From an uncultured Candidatus Saccharibacteria bacterium (lineage in GTDB: Bacteria; Patescibacteriota; Dojkabacteria; SC72): a DNA stretch of 64,000 bases. Position numbers and translations under genes: made by a program. Position 1 is the stretch's first letter, and each line of letters begins with the position of its first letter. The stretch spans positions 24,412 through 88,411 of the forward strand of contig CAZULJ010000003.1 in NCBI GenBank assembly GCA_964621195.1, given 5' to 3'. Of this stretch, positions 29,996 through 38,935 are shown in pieces. The notes under the pieces were generated by a model. That model did not search any database. It saw only the letters and a list, made by a program, of their open reading frames with translations, and was not told the origin of the DNA.

Positions 29996-32209
29996 ATGCC
30001 CCGTAAAAAAAAGAAAGAAAAAATAAATATTAAAAGCTCTGAAACAAAGATCTTCTTTGGTCTAATCCTCTTCGTATTAGGCATTGCACTTTTAATAACA
30101 CCACTAGTTGGTGAACAGGCACAAATCTTTGTATATGTTTCAAGATTCCTAGGATGGCCAGCCCTTGTATGGGGTATCGCTACTATATATCTCTCTATAA
30201 ATCTCTTAACACAAGGTAAAAGTTGCAGACAATGGTCAAAATTCGTAGGGATATCACTATTAGCATTAACACTAAACACTCTTTTTACATTTTGGCTACC
30301 CAAAGAGATCCTTGAAAATACGCAGGAGTTAGGACAAGCAGGAGGCATAGTTGGTAAGGCTATACACCTTGCAATAAATGGTGCCGTTGGAGATATAATC
30401 CAGCTTGTAATTCTCCTAATACTCTTAATAGTAGCTTTCTCCCTTATCACCGGAGTTAAACTAGAAGAAATCACCGCTTTCTTACATCAAACCTTTAGCA
30501 ATATCAAAGTAGCAGATATCGGTAGTAAACTTGGCGAGAAAGGAGATGGAAAGCTCATAATAAGTGGGTTAAATGGAGAATCAGAGCAACAAACGCCTGA
30601 CAATAGAATCGAAGGAGAACCACAATTAATAACAGAAAGAGATGACGACTTACCACCAGTATCATCCAAAGAATCGAGAACTTTCAGCTCTCCAACAATT
30701 GTCAATAATACCGATATGGGCACATCAACAGCACCTGCAGAGCCAAAATATCAAAATTGGGTTTTTCCAAAAATAGACAACCTACAAGAACCGCAGAAAA
30801 CCAATCAAAATCAAGATGCATACAAAGAGGATTCGCGTGTAATAGAAAGCGTATTGAGGAACTTCGGTATTGCAGCAAAGGCGGTAGAAATAGCAATTGG
30901 ACCAACAGTTGTAAGATATGCTCTCTCTGTCGCCGCAGATACGAGAATTGCAAAAATTCGAAGCTTGGAAGATAACCTTGCAGTTGCACTTAAGATCAAC
31001 AAAGAGCTAATAAGAATAGAAACCCCTATACCAGGAACCGCTTTCGTAGGAATCGAAATACCCAATAAGACACCGAACTTTGTCTATGCTAAAGAAATGG
31101 CTAAAAAGCTACTTGCTCAACCAGATAAATATGAACTGCCAATGATCTTAGGAAGGGATATCGCAGGACAGACCGTTATAAAAGACCTCGTAAATATTCC
31201 ACACTTACTAGTAGCTGGTGCTACAAATACAGGTAAATCTGTTGGTTTAAATGCAATTTTAGCAGGATTACTACTAACAAAGACTCCTGACGAATTAAAG
31301 TTAATAATGGTAGACCCAAAGAGAGTCGAAATGACACCATATAACGGTATTCCACACCTACTAACACCAATCATTACCGATATGGAATTAGTCGTAAACG
31401 CTCTTAACTACTCAATCGAAGAAATGATGAGAAGATATAGGATGTTAGAACAAGCGAAAGTAAGAAAGATTACAGAATACAATAACAAGATGGGATATAT
31501 CGCAATGCCATACTTAGTAATCGTAGTCGATGAAATGGCCGACCTTATGCTTGTAGCAGGAAAAGAGGTGGAACCAAAGATACAAAGATTAGCACAGATG
31601 GGAAGAGCTGTTGGAATCCACTTAATACTTGCCACCCAGAAACCAATAGTAGAGGTAATCACAGGCTTAATCAAATCAAATATTCCAGGAAGAATGGCAT
31701 ATGCAGTAACTTCATCAATGGACTCAAGAGTAATATTAGACCAAACAGGTGCAGAGAACTTACTTGGGAAAGGAGATATGCTCTTCAAGGACCAGACTAT
31801 GCCAAAATCAATAAGAATACAGGGGACATTCATCTCCACAGAGGATACAGAAGATATCATCCAGCAGGTAAAAGCTCAAATTAATCCAGAGGAGAACATT
31901 TACTCCGAAGAGCTAAATCAAGCCCTTGAAAAAGGTCACTCAGATTCCATAACTGGAGGTAGCGGAGAAAGGGAACCAGAATTTGAAGCAGCACTGAGGG
32001 TCGTAATCGCAGAAGGAAAAGCCTCCGCATCATTACTTCAAAGAAGGCTAAAGGTCGGATACAACAAGGCCTCAAGGCTCATAGAGCAGCTTGAAGATGT
32101 CGGTGCAATAGGACCACAACAGGGAGGCAGTTCAAAACCAAGAGAGGTGCTTGTCTCCTCTGCAAAAGAAATACTTGGGGGAGATGAGAATCCAACACAA
32201 GAGTACTAG
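29996..32209 (+). CDS. ftsK: DNA translocase FtsK/SpoIIIE
   Basis: 737 aa. N-terminal TM helices, a linker, a motor domain with Walker A GATNTGKS, and a C-terminal gamma winged helix. Confidence 0.9.
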   Translation: MPRKKKKEKINIKSSETKIFFGLILFVLGIALLITPLVGEQAQIFVYVSRFLGWPALVWGIATIYLSINLLTQGKSCRQWSKFVGISLLALTLNTLFTFWLPKEILENTQELGQAGGIVGKAIHLAINGAVGDIIQLVILLILLIVAFSLITGVKLEEITAFLHQTFSNIKVADIGSKLGEKGDGKLIISGLNGESEQQTPDNRIEGEPQLITERDDDLPPVSSKESRTFSSPTIVNNTDMGTSTAPAEPKYQNWVFPKIDNLQEPQKTNQNQDAYKEDSRVIESVLRNFGIAAKAVEIAIGPTVVRYALSVAADTRIAKIRSLEDNLAVALKINKELIRIETPIPGTAFVGIEIPNKTPNFVYAKEMAKKLLAQPDKYELPMILGRDIAGQTVIKDLVNIPHLLVAGATNTGKSVGLNAILAGLLLTKTPDELKLIMVDPKRVEMTPYNGIPHLLTPIITDMELVVNALNYSIEEMMRRYRMLEQAKVRKITEYNNKMGYIAMPYLVIVVDEMADLMLVAGKEVEPKIQRLAQMGRAVGIHLILATQKPIVEVITGLIKSNIPGRMAYAVTSSMDSRVILDQTGAENLLGKGDMLFKDQTMPKSIRIQGTFISTEDTEDIIQQVKAQINPEENIYSEELNQALEKGHSDSITGGSGEREPEFEAALRVVIAEGKASASLLQRRLKVGYNKASRLIEQLEDVGAIGPQQGGSSKPREVLVSSAKEILGGDENPTQEY

Positions 32210-32231
32210 AGTTTGATATACTCTTTTAGCT

Positions 32232-33173
32232 ATGATAACAGCGGGAGAGGTATTAAAACAGAAGAGAGAATCTTTAGGCAAGGACCTTAAAACGGTCTCT
32301 GCTGATACAAAGATTCAAAAAAGATTTCTTGAATATATTGAAAACGATCAATATGATAAATTTGATTCAGACGTTTTCGCCTCCGGCTTTATAAAAATAT
32401 ACTCCCGATATCTCGGTTTAGATGTCGACAAGATGTTAGCTGTATACAGAAGAAGCAATTTAAAGGAAAAAGCGGCAGAGGATAAAAAACAAAGGAAATC
32501 AATAAAGCCAAAGAAAGATTTCAAACTAAACATAACGCCACAAATAATTGCGATGATTGCCTCTACGATCTTTCTTCTTTCAATCGTAGGATATATTGGA
32601 TTTCAAATATACAAATTCCAGACCCCACCACAGCTTTCAATACTTCAGCCACAAGAAGAAGAGACTTTTGATACAGAGAAACTCCTTGTTAAAGGAAGTA
32701 CAGAGAACAATACTACCGTAACCATCAATGGTGAACAGGTAGAAACAGATACCCTTGGGTACTTTGAGAAAGAGATAACTCTAAACGAGGGAATAAATAC
32801 GATAAATATTACAGCGAGAAAGAACTCAAACACTCAATTAGAAACAAGCAAGAATCTAAAGGTAATATACAAAACTCAACAAGAAGAAGACCCAATACCA
32901 ACGCCAAAGGTGTACACCGTTAAGATAAAGATCTTACAGTCTTCATCATGGATCAAGCTCGATATCGATGGTGAGAATAAGATATCACAAATACTAGAGC
33001 CAAACACACAACAGGAATTTGCTGTAGAAAGGGAATTAACACTTGTTACAGGCAAAATTCAAAGTACACAACTGTTAATAAACGATGAGATTGTAGAAAT
33101 ATACTCCCAACAGAACACTGGGGTCGGACAAATAACTTGCCAAGTTACCCAAGATGGCTATAAATGCGAATAA
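32232..33173 (+). CDS. RodZ-like cytoskeleton protein (HTH, TM, C-terminal beta domain)
   Basis: The N-terminus VLKQKRESLGKDLKTVSADTKIQKRFLEYIENDQYDKF...ASGFIKIYSRYLGLD matches the RodZ HTH pattern, followed by a single TM and a C-terminal DUF4115-like region. Confidence 0.6.
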   Translation: MITAGEVLKQKRESLGKDLKTVSADTKIQKRFLEYIENDQYDKFDSDVFASGFIKIYSRYLGLDVDKMLAVYRRSNLKEKAAEDKKQRKSIKPKKDFKLNITPQIIAMIASTIFLLSIVGYIGFQIYKFQTPPQLSILQPQEEETFDTEKLLVKGSTENNTTVTINGEQVETDTLGYFEKEITLNEGINTINITARKNSNTQLETSKNLKVIYKTQQEEDPIPTPKVYTVKIKILQSSSWIKLDIDGENKISQILEPNTQQEFAVERELTLVTGKIQSTQLLINDEIVEIYSQQNTGVGQITCQVTQDGYKCE

Positions 33174-33200
33174 TTAGGCCAAAACTGGTATAATTCGCAT

Positions 33201-34922
33201 ATGGATACAAATAGAGAGCAAATTGAGGAGATTAGGAATAGGCTTGATATTGTAGATATTGTAAATAGATATGTACAATTAAAACAAGCAGGTAAGAATT
33301 TCTCTGGAGTATGTCCATTTCATACTGAAAAAACACCCTCATTCATTGTAAGCCCTGAATTACAAAGATATAAATGCTTTGGATGTGGTGCTTCTGGAGA
33401 TATTTTTAACTTCGTACAAAATATTGAGCATATTGATTTCCCCGAAACATTAGAGAAATTGGCAAAAGAAGCTGGGGTAACTCTAACCAAGAGGGCTAGT
33501 GATAGTAAATATTCGAGAATTGAAGAAATAAACAGACTAGCAACCATTTATTTCTACAGAGCACTACAAGATCCCATAAATATTTCTGCGCTAAAATACG
33601 TGAAAGAGAGAGGCTTTACTGAGGAAAGTATAAAAAACTTTGGTATAGGTTACGCACCACAGTACAGTAAACTCCTTGACTATATACAAAAAGAGAAAAA
33701 ATTCTCAAAGGAAGAACTTCTAAGATCAGGATTGTTTGTCGAGAAAGAAGGGAAAATAAGAAACAAATTTCTAATGAGAGTTATGTTTCCAATAAGATCA
33801 AGCTCAGGAAAGGTAATAGCATTCACAGGAAGGATTTTACCTGGGAATGATTTTGGCCCCAAATATATGAACTCACCAGAGACAGATATCTATCACAAGA
33901 AAGATAATTTCTATGGACAATATGAATCAAGACAAGAGATAAGAAAACAGGATTTAGTAATTATTTGTGAAGGTACAACGGATGTCATATCGGCACATCA
34001 AATTGGTATAAAAAATATCGTTGCACCATTGGGCACTGCAATTACAAAAGAACAGTTAGAAAGAATTTCAAAATTAACTAAAAACATTCTATTCCTTTTC
34101 GATAACGATACAGCTGGACAACAAGCACTTGAGAGAGGTTTCTTGCTAGCACAGATGTTACAATTAAACAGCTACGCTACCAATACATCACCATATAAGG
34201 ACATAGATGAGTTAATAAACAAAGATCCACAAGAACTAGAGAAAAGAGTAAAGAAAAAAATGGACGCCTTTACATATCTACTAACAAACCGCCTTGAGGA
34301 TAAAAATCTTTCAAATATGGAAGATTATACAAAAATTGCAAATTGGATCAACAGACTTCTTGAAAATGAAAGTCGCATCGAGATCTTTGACTTCTACGTG
34401 AAAAAAGCCTACCAGATAGCCAAAATTAATATACTACCTAAAAAAGGATCTGGACAAAAAAGGCAGGACATTTTTACTAAAAAAGAGAAAGCTCAAGAGC
34501 ATTCAACCAGAGAGAGAATTTACCTACAAAATATCCTCTACCTACAAGATATAAAGATACCTAAAGATCACGACTTAGGTGTATTTGAAGACAAGGAGGT
34601 TTTGAGACTCCTGGAATATATTAGAGATAACCCATCCACAACAAGAGATGATCTACTGAAAGCATTTCAAAATGACAGCCTTATTTCTGTCATAGAGGAA
34701 ACTATCTTCACCTTCTCCAAATCAGAGGGTAGTAAAGATGAAATCGAAGATATATATAGCAATATAATCAGAGACTACTTCGCAAGGAAAGAAAAAGAGT
34801 ATAATCTAAGGATCTCGATTGCAGAAGCAAAAGGAGACCAAAAGGAAAGCGAGAAGCTTTTAAAAGAGTATCAGAATTTAACTAAAGAAAAGATTGCATA
34901 TGAACAAAATCGCGGACTATGA
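33201..34922 (+). CDS. dnaG: DNA primase
   Basis: 573 aa. CHC2 zinc finger CPFHTEKTPSF...CFGCGASGD, then a Toprim region. Confidence 0.9.
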   Translation: MDTNREQIEEIRNRLDIVDIVNRYVQLKQAGKNFSGVCPFHTEKTPSFIVSPELQRYKCFGCGASGDIFNFVQNIEHIDFPETLEKLAKEAGVTLTKRASDSKYSRIEEINRLATIYFYRALQDPINISALKYVKERGFTEESIKNFGIGYAPQYSKLLDYIQKEKKFSKEELLRSGLFVEKEGKIRNKFLMRVMFPIRSSSGKVIAFTGRILPGNDFGPKYMNSPETDIYHKKDNFYGQYESRQEIRKQDLVIICEGTTDVISAHQIGIKNIVAPLGTAITKEQLERISKLTKNILFLFDNDTAGQQALERGFLLAQMLQLNSYATNTSPYKDIDELINKDPQELEKRVKKKMDAFTYLLTNRLEDKNLSNMEDYTKIANWINRLLENESRIEIFDFYVKKAYQIAKINILPKKGSGQKRQDIFTKKEKAQEHSTRERIYLQNILYLQDIKIPKDHDLGVFEDKEVLRLLEYIRDNPSTTRDDLLKAFQNDSLISVIEETIFTFSKSEGSKDEIEDIYSNIIRDYFARKEKEYNLRISIAEAKGDQKESEKLLKEYQNLTKEKIAYEQNRGL

Positions 34923-35820
34923 CACACTGGATTATGATTACAGTACATATTGGAAGAAGAGAGAGTATGAACATGGGTCAGAACAAATTGTTTTAAACAA
35001 GCTATTAAAAGAGAAGGCCGGTGCTCGATTCATTGATATTGGGGGATCATACGGTAGACTCACAGATCTTTACTATGATAAATATAAAGAATCTGTAATA
35101 GTAGATTATTCCCTCAAGACACTACAAAATAACTTCAAGTTCTTAATGGATAAATATCCAAACATACATTTAATCGCAGCAAACGCATACTACCTACCAT
35201 TCAAAGATAATAGCTTCGATGGAGGTTTAATGGTGAGAGTCCTACATCATATAGAAAAGCCCCAGGAGTACTTTAAAGAAGCAAAGAGGATATTTACTGA
35301 CAATGCGACATATATACAAGAATTTGCAAATAAAACCCACGTGAAAGCTGTTATAAAAAGCATCATAAAGGGAGACCTATCAATATTTGATAATAAGCCC
35401 TATCAGCAACCAGATAAAAGAAACAACGAAGGCGCAAGGGAGGGCTCTCAAGTACCATTCCTTAACTACACTACATCATGGATCTCTGATACTCTTTCAA
35501 GCTATGGTTTTAAGATAGAGAGAAAAATTGGATGTTCATATTTTAGAGTAAATATATTAAAAAAGTTCTTGGGGACTAAGATTCTTTTACTTTTAGAAAG
35601 CTTTGCACAGAAAGCCTTTTCATGGAGCAACATATCACCAAGTATCTTTCTAGAGACCTCAATAAACAAAAAGTACGCAGAGATAGAAAAAAATTTTCAA
35701 GATATTCTTGTATGCCCCAAGTGTAAATCACAATTGGTATTCAAAGATTCAGAGTGCAGGTGTAAGCAATGTAATAATAGATACCAAAAGAAGAACAATA
35801 TTTGGGACTTTAGAATATAA
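34894..35820 (+). CDS. class I SAM-dependent methyltransferase with a C-terminal Trm112-like zinc ribbon
   Basis: FIDIGGSYGRL (motif I), a Methyltransf_11-like region, and a C-terminal CPKCKS...CRCKQC. Confidence 0.65.
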   Translation: MHMNKIADYDTLDYDYSTYWKKREYEHGSEQIVLNKLLKEKAGARFIDIGGSYGRLTDLYYDKYKESVIVDYSLKTLQNNFKFLMDKYPNIHLIAANAYYLPFKDNSFDGGLMVRVLHHIEKPQEYFKEAKRIFTDNATYIQEFANKTHVKAVIKSIIKGDLSIFDNKPYQQPDKRNNEGAREGSQVPFLNYTTSWISDTLSSYGFKIERKIGCSYFRVNILKKFLGTKILLLLESFAQKAFSWSNISPSIFLETSINKKYAEIEKNFQDILVCPKCKSQLVFKDSECRCKQCNNRYQKKNNIWDFRI

Positions 35821-36534
35821 ATGAAGGCAAAAAAATCACTAGGACAAAACTTTTTTATAAACAAAAATCTTGGAGATCATATATCCAATATCGTTAAAAA
35901 CTCAAATGGTAGTCATTTAGTTGAAATTGGTCCTGGACTTGGCTTCTTTACAGAGAAACTTGCTACGAAATTTGAAACGATCACCCTTGTAGAAAAGGAT
36001 ATACAGCTATCAGAAAATCTAAAAACACAATTTAGAGATTCCACTGTTTACAATGAAGATTTCCTAAGCATAGACCTAACAAGATTTGAAAACGAGAGTA
36101 TTACCTACTTCGGGTCACTACCATACAATGTTTCGAAACCAATTATAAAGAAGATAATTCAAGATAAATCCTTCACAAATACTGCATACTTCATAGTTCA
36201 GAAAGAAGTTGCTGAGAAGTATCTTTATAAAGAACCATATAATATTCTTTCTCTAACAACTGCCATTTATGCAAAGGTTGAGAAGCTTTTTGATATATCT
36301 CCAGATTCCTTTAGACCAAGACCTAAGGTGCAAAGCTCTTTTATCGCGATATCTCCAAAAAGCATAGAATTCGAAGATTTAAAAAAGCTCGAAGATATAA
36401 TACATATGGCGTTTAGACAACCAAGAAAGAATCTCAAAAACAACTTAAGAGGAATGGTACTTCCCCAGGAGTATCAATCAAAAAGACCTGCAGAGCTTTC
36501 TCTTCACGAGTATTCTCTGATAGCTAATCAGTAA
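35821..36534 (+). CDS. rsmA: 16S rRNA (adenine1518/1519-N6)-dimethyltransferase RsmA/KsgA
   Basis: MKAKKSLGQNFFINKN...LVEIGPGLGFFTEKL. Confidence 0.88.
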   Translation: MKAKKSLGQNFFINKNLGDHISNIVKNSNGSHLVEIGPGLGFFTEKLATKFETITLVEKDIQLSENLKTQFRDSTVYNEDFLSIDLTRFENESITYFGSLPYNVSKPIIKKIIQDKSFTNTAYFIVQKEVAEKYLYKEPYNILSLTTAIYAKVEKLFDISPDSFRPRPKVQSSFIAISPKSIEFEDLKKLEDIIHMAFRQPRKNLKNNLRGMVLPQEYQSKRPAELSLHEYSLIANQ

Positions 36535-36573
36535 TACTGCTTTTCAATCCTCTGTGGTGATATAATCTTCTAG

Positions 36574-37026
36574 ATGAAAAAGAAGATTGAGGAAAAAGAT
36601 ACACAATTAGACTTTGGTCTTAAAAATCCTCCACAAAATATATATTACAAATACAAGGATCAGTACGAGCTCTGGCTATCCAAGCTTGAAACTAGAAGAT
36701 TTCTTAAAGATATCCTTATGTGGTTTGTGGTTATACTCTCTATCTCTCTACTTACAACTCAGATATACACAATACAAACGACTGCGAATATTCCTACTAT
36801 AATACCAATATTTAACTACTACTTTACTCTATCTAAAAGATTGGTTTCATTGGAATGGATATACCTATATCCCGCAATTGGGACCATAGCATTACTCTCT
36901 GGGGTTTACTTTGCTAATAAATACTATCATAAAGAGAGGGAGCTCTCAAAGCTTCTTTTAATGGTAATATTAATTACAAACATCTCTCTTTCAATTATAT
37001 TTTTCAAATTAGTTTACACTTTTTAA
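36574..37026 (+). CDS. hypothetical 3-TM membrane protein
   Basis: 150 aa with three hydrophobic helices, leading the envelope cluster. Confidence 0.4.
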   Translation: MKKKIEEKDTQLDFGLKNPPQNIYYKYKDQYELWLSKLETRRFLKDILMWFVVILSISLLTTQIYTIQTTANIPTIIPIFNYYFTLSKRLVSLEWIYLYPAIGTIALLSGVYFANKYYHKERELSKLLLMVILITNISLSIIFFKLVYTF

Positions 37027-37029
37027 AAA

Positions 37030-38238
37030 ATGGACATATCTATATCATCAAATATCTTGGAAAGAATTCTTTCCATTAATACGATATCCATATCTCCAGA
37101 ATATGAGAAATACCTTTCATATTGGCCACTTTTTGTAATGGGATTAATCGTATCTTTCCTTTTAACACCTGTTATTGGATTGCTTGCAAAAAAATTGGGA
37201 GCAATATATATTCCCGGCAGAGGGAGAAATGGCAAGGATTTCGATAATCCAGAGAAGGCAATTCATGATACTGATACTCCAGCAATGGGAGGATTAGCTA
37301 TCACAATACCGATACTAATTGCGATACCTTTGCTGTTCAGACTCGACCCAACTACTATCCCAATACTAATAGCTCTTGGTATTCTAGTTGTTGGCTCCTT
37401 ACTAGACGATATATTCAATCTTTCATCTAAAATACAGCTTGCTTATCAGTTACTTGCCGCATCAGTTATTGCCGTGTCTATAATTGATCTAGCAAATATC
37501 AGTTTCTTTTCTGAAGATCTACTAAATCTCACAGCATACACTTGGAGTGCAAATATTCTTTCTTTACCTTTGTCTTTCGTATTCCCAGGGGACTTAATTT
37601 TGATAGCCTGGCTATTTCTTTGTATAAACTCTGTAAAATGGGTAGGCGGCTCTCCCGGGCTCGTAGAATCGTACTCACTAACAGCATTTCTACTCCTCTT
37701 TATTGTAGGAGTAAGAACATTTTCACTCTTTTCATCGAGCATTAGTGCTTTGATAGCAGGATCATTGGTTGCGCTACTCTATTTTGCGTATCCGTCTCCT
37801 AAAATTATGTCAGGATCAAGTGGAAAATCCCTCTACGGATTCTTAATAAGTGTACTTGCATTAATAAGTGGGATGAAATTCTCTTCAACGATAATCTTAC
37901 TTGCGATTCCTATTCTTGATGCAATCTATGTAATCATATATCGAATAGTTAAGTACAAGCCCAAAAATCCTATAGAGTTAATGAGAATAAATGATACCTC
38001 ACACTTACACCACAGACTTCTAAAACTCGAATTAAACAGTAAACAAATACTACTAATTGAAACCTCCCTATCCCTTGTTATTGGATCTTTAGCAATACTT
38101 GCTGCTGGAGCTCTAAGATACTTCGCTTTAATCTTCAGCCTTGCATTTGTAATTGCATTCATTGTATTTATAAACTACAGAGCAAATCGTAAAGAAGAAA
38201 TAAAGAAGGCTTCTCCAGAATCAAAATACTCATATTAG
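37030..38238 (+). CDS. MraY/WecA-family polyprenyl-phosphate sugar-1-phosphate transferase (divergent paralog)
   Basis: 402 aa polytopic protein: TPAMGGLAI (MraY TPTMGG-like), LLDDIFN (DD motif), HLHHRL (HHH-like). The usual DGLDGL loop reads GGSPGL. Confidence 0.6.
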   Translation: MDISISSNILERILSINTISISPEYEKYLSYWPLFVMGLIVSFLLTPVIGLLAKKLGAIYIPGRGRNGKDFDNPEKAIHDTDTPAMGGLAITIPILIAIPLLFRLDPTTIPILIALGILVVGSLLDDIFNLSSKIQLAYQLLAASVIAVSIIDLANISFFSEDLLNLTAYTWSANILSLPLSFVFPGDLILIAWLFLCINSVKWVGGSPGLVESYSLTAFLLLFIVGVRTFSLFSSSISALIAGSLVALLYFAYPSPKIMSGSSGKSLYGFLISVLALISGMKFSSTIILLAIPILDAIYVIIYRIVKYKPKNPIELMRINDTSHLHHRLLKLELNSKQILLIETSLSLVIGSLAILAAGALRYFALIFSLAFVIAFIVFINYRANRKEEIKKASPESKYSY

Positions 38239-38284
38239 TCCTTTTTCTAGACAAAAGTTAAGTGCTTGCATATAATGAAAACAT

Positions 38285-38935
38285 ATGAAAAGATGGAAAT
38301 CTGCCCTAGTAATTACATCACTCGTCGTGTTAGTGTCCCTGCTACTGTTCTTCCTACCACCGGAAGATCTTTTTAGGCACATACCAATCTTAAACTCTCT
38401 ATACAAAAATACCACTTTAGAAATTACCGTTCCGAATGGAAAGGCCACAGTAGAAATTGATGGAGAAGAATACGGAGAAACACCTGTTAATATACAGAGC
38501 TTAGTCGCCGGTGAATATGATGTAACACTAAAAAGAGTCTCCCTTGAAGAGAATGCTTACAAACCACATACTTTTAGGGTTAATCTAACAAAGAATACAA
38601 CCTCTAGAATAAATGTTGAGATCGGTCCAGATGACAATATCCACGGTACAATCCTCTACTATACAGAGGATCCTAGTTTTGATTCGCATAAGGGAAGATT
38701 AACAATAACTAGTAATATTCCAAACAGCAAGGCATATATGAACTCCGAGTTCTTAAAATTTACACCAATAACAAGATTAGATGTTACAGAGGGCGAATTT
38801 GATATAAAAGTAGAGTCCAATAACTATGAAAGTGTAAGCTTACCCGTTGTTATAAGGAGTGGATATACCCTGAATATAAAAGCATACCTTTTACCAATCC
38901 CAGTAATTTTTGAAGAGGCTCAAAGTGATGAGTAA
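38285..38935 (+). CDS. secreted/membrane-anchored PEGA-domain protein
   Basis: 216 aa. N-terminal TM or signal, then two PEGA-like repeats (ATVEIDGEEYGETPVNIQSLVAGEYDVTLK; EGEFDIKVESNNYESVSLPVV). Confidence 0.55.
   Translation: MKRWKSALVITSLVVLVSLLLFFLPPEDLFRHIPILNSLYKNTTLEITVPNGKATVEIDGEEYGETPVNIQSLVAGEYDVTLKRVSLEENAYKPHTFRVNLTKNTTSRINVEIGPDDNIHGTILYYTEDPSFDSHKGRLTITSNIPNSKAYMNSEFLKFTPITRLDVTEGEFDIKVESNNYESVSLPVVIRSGYTLNIKAYLLPIPVIFEEAQSDE

Noticed and set aside
30487-31860. Minus-strand ORFs inside ftsK, and minus-strand ORFs inside the 606-aa gene (53038-53922)
   Set aside because: Antisense artefacts of long plus-strand genes.
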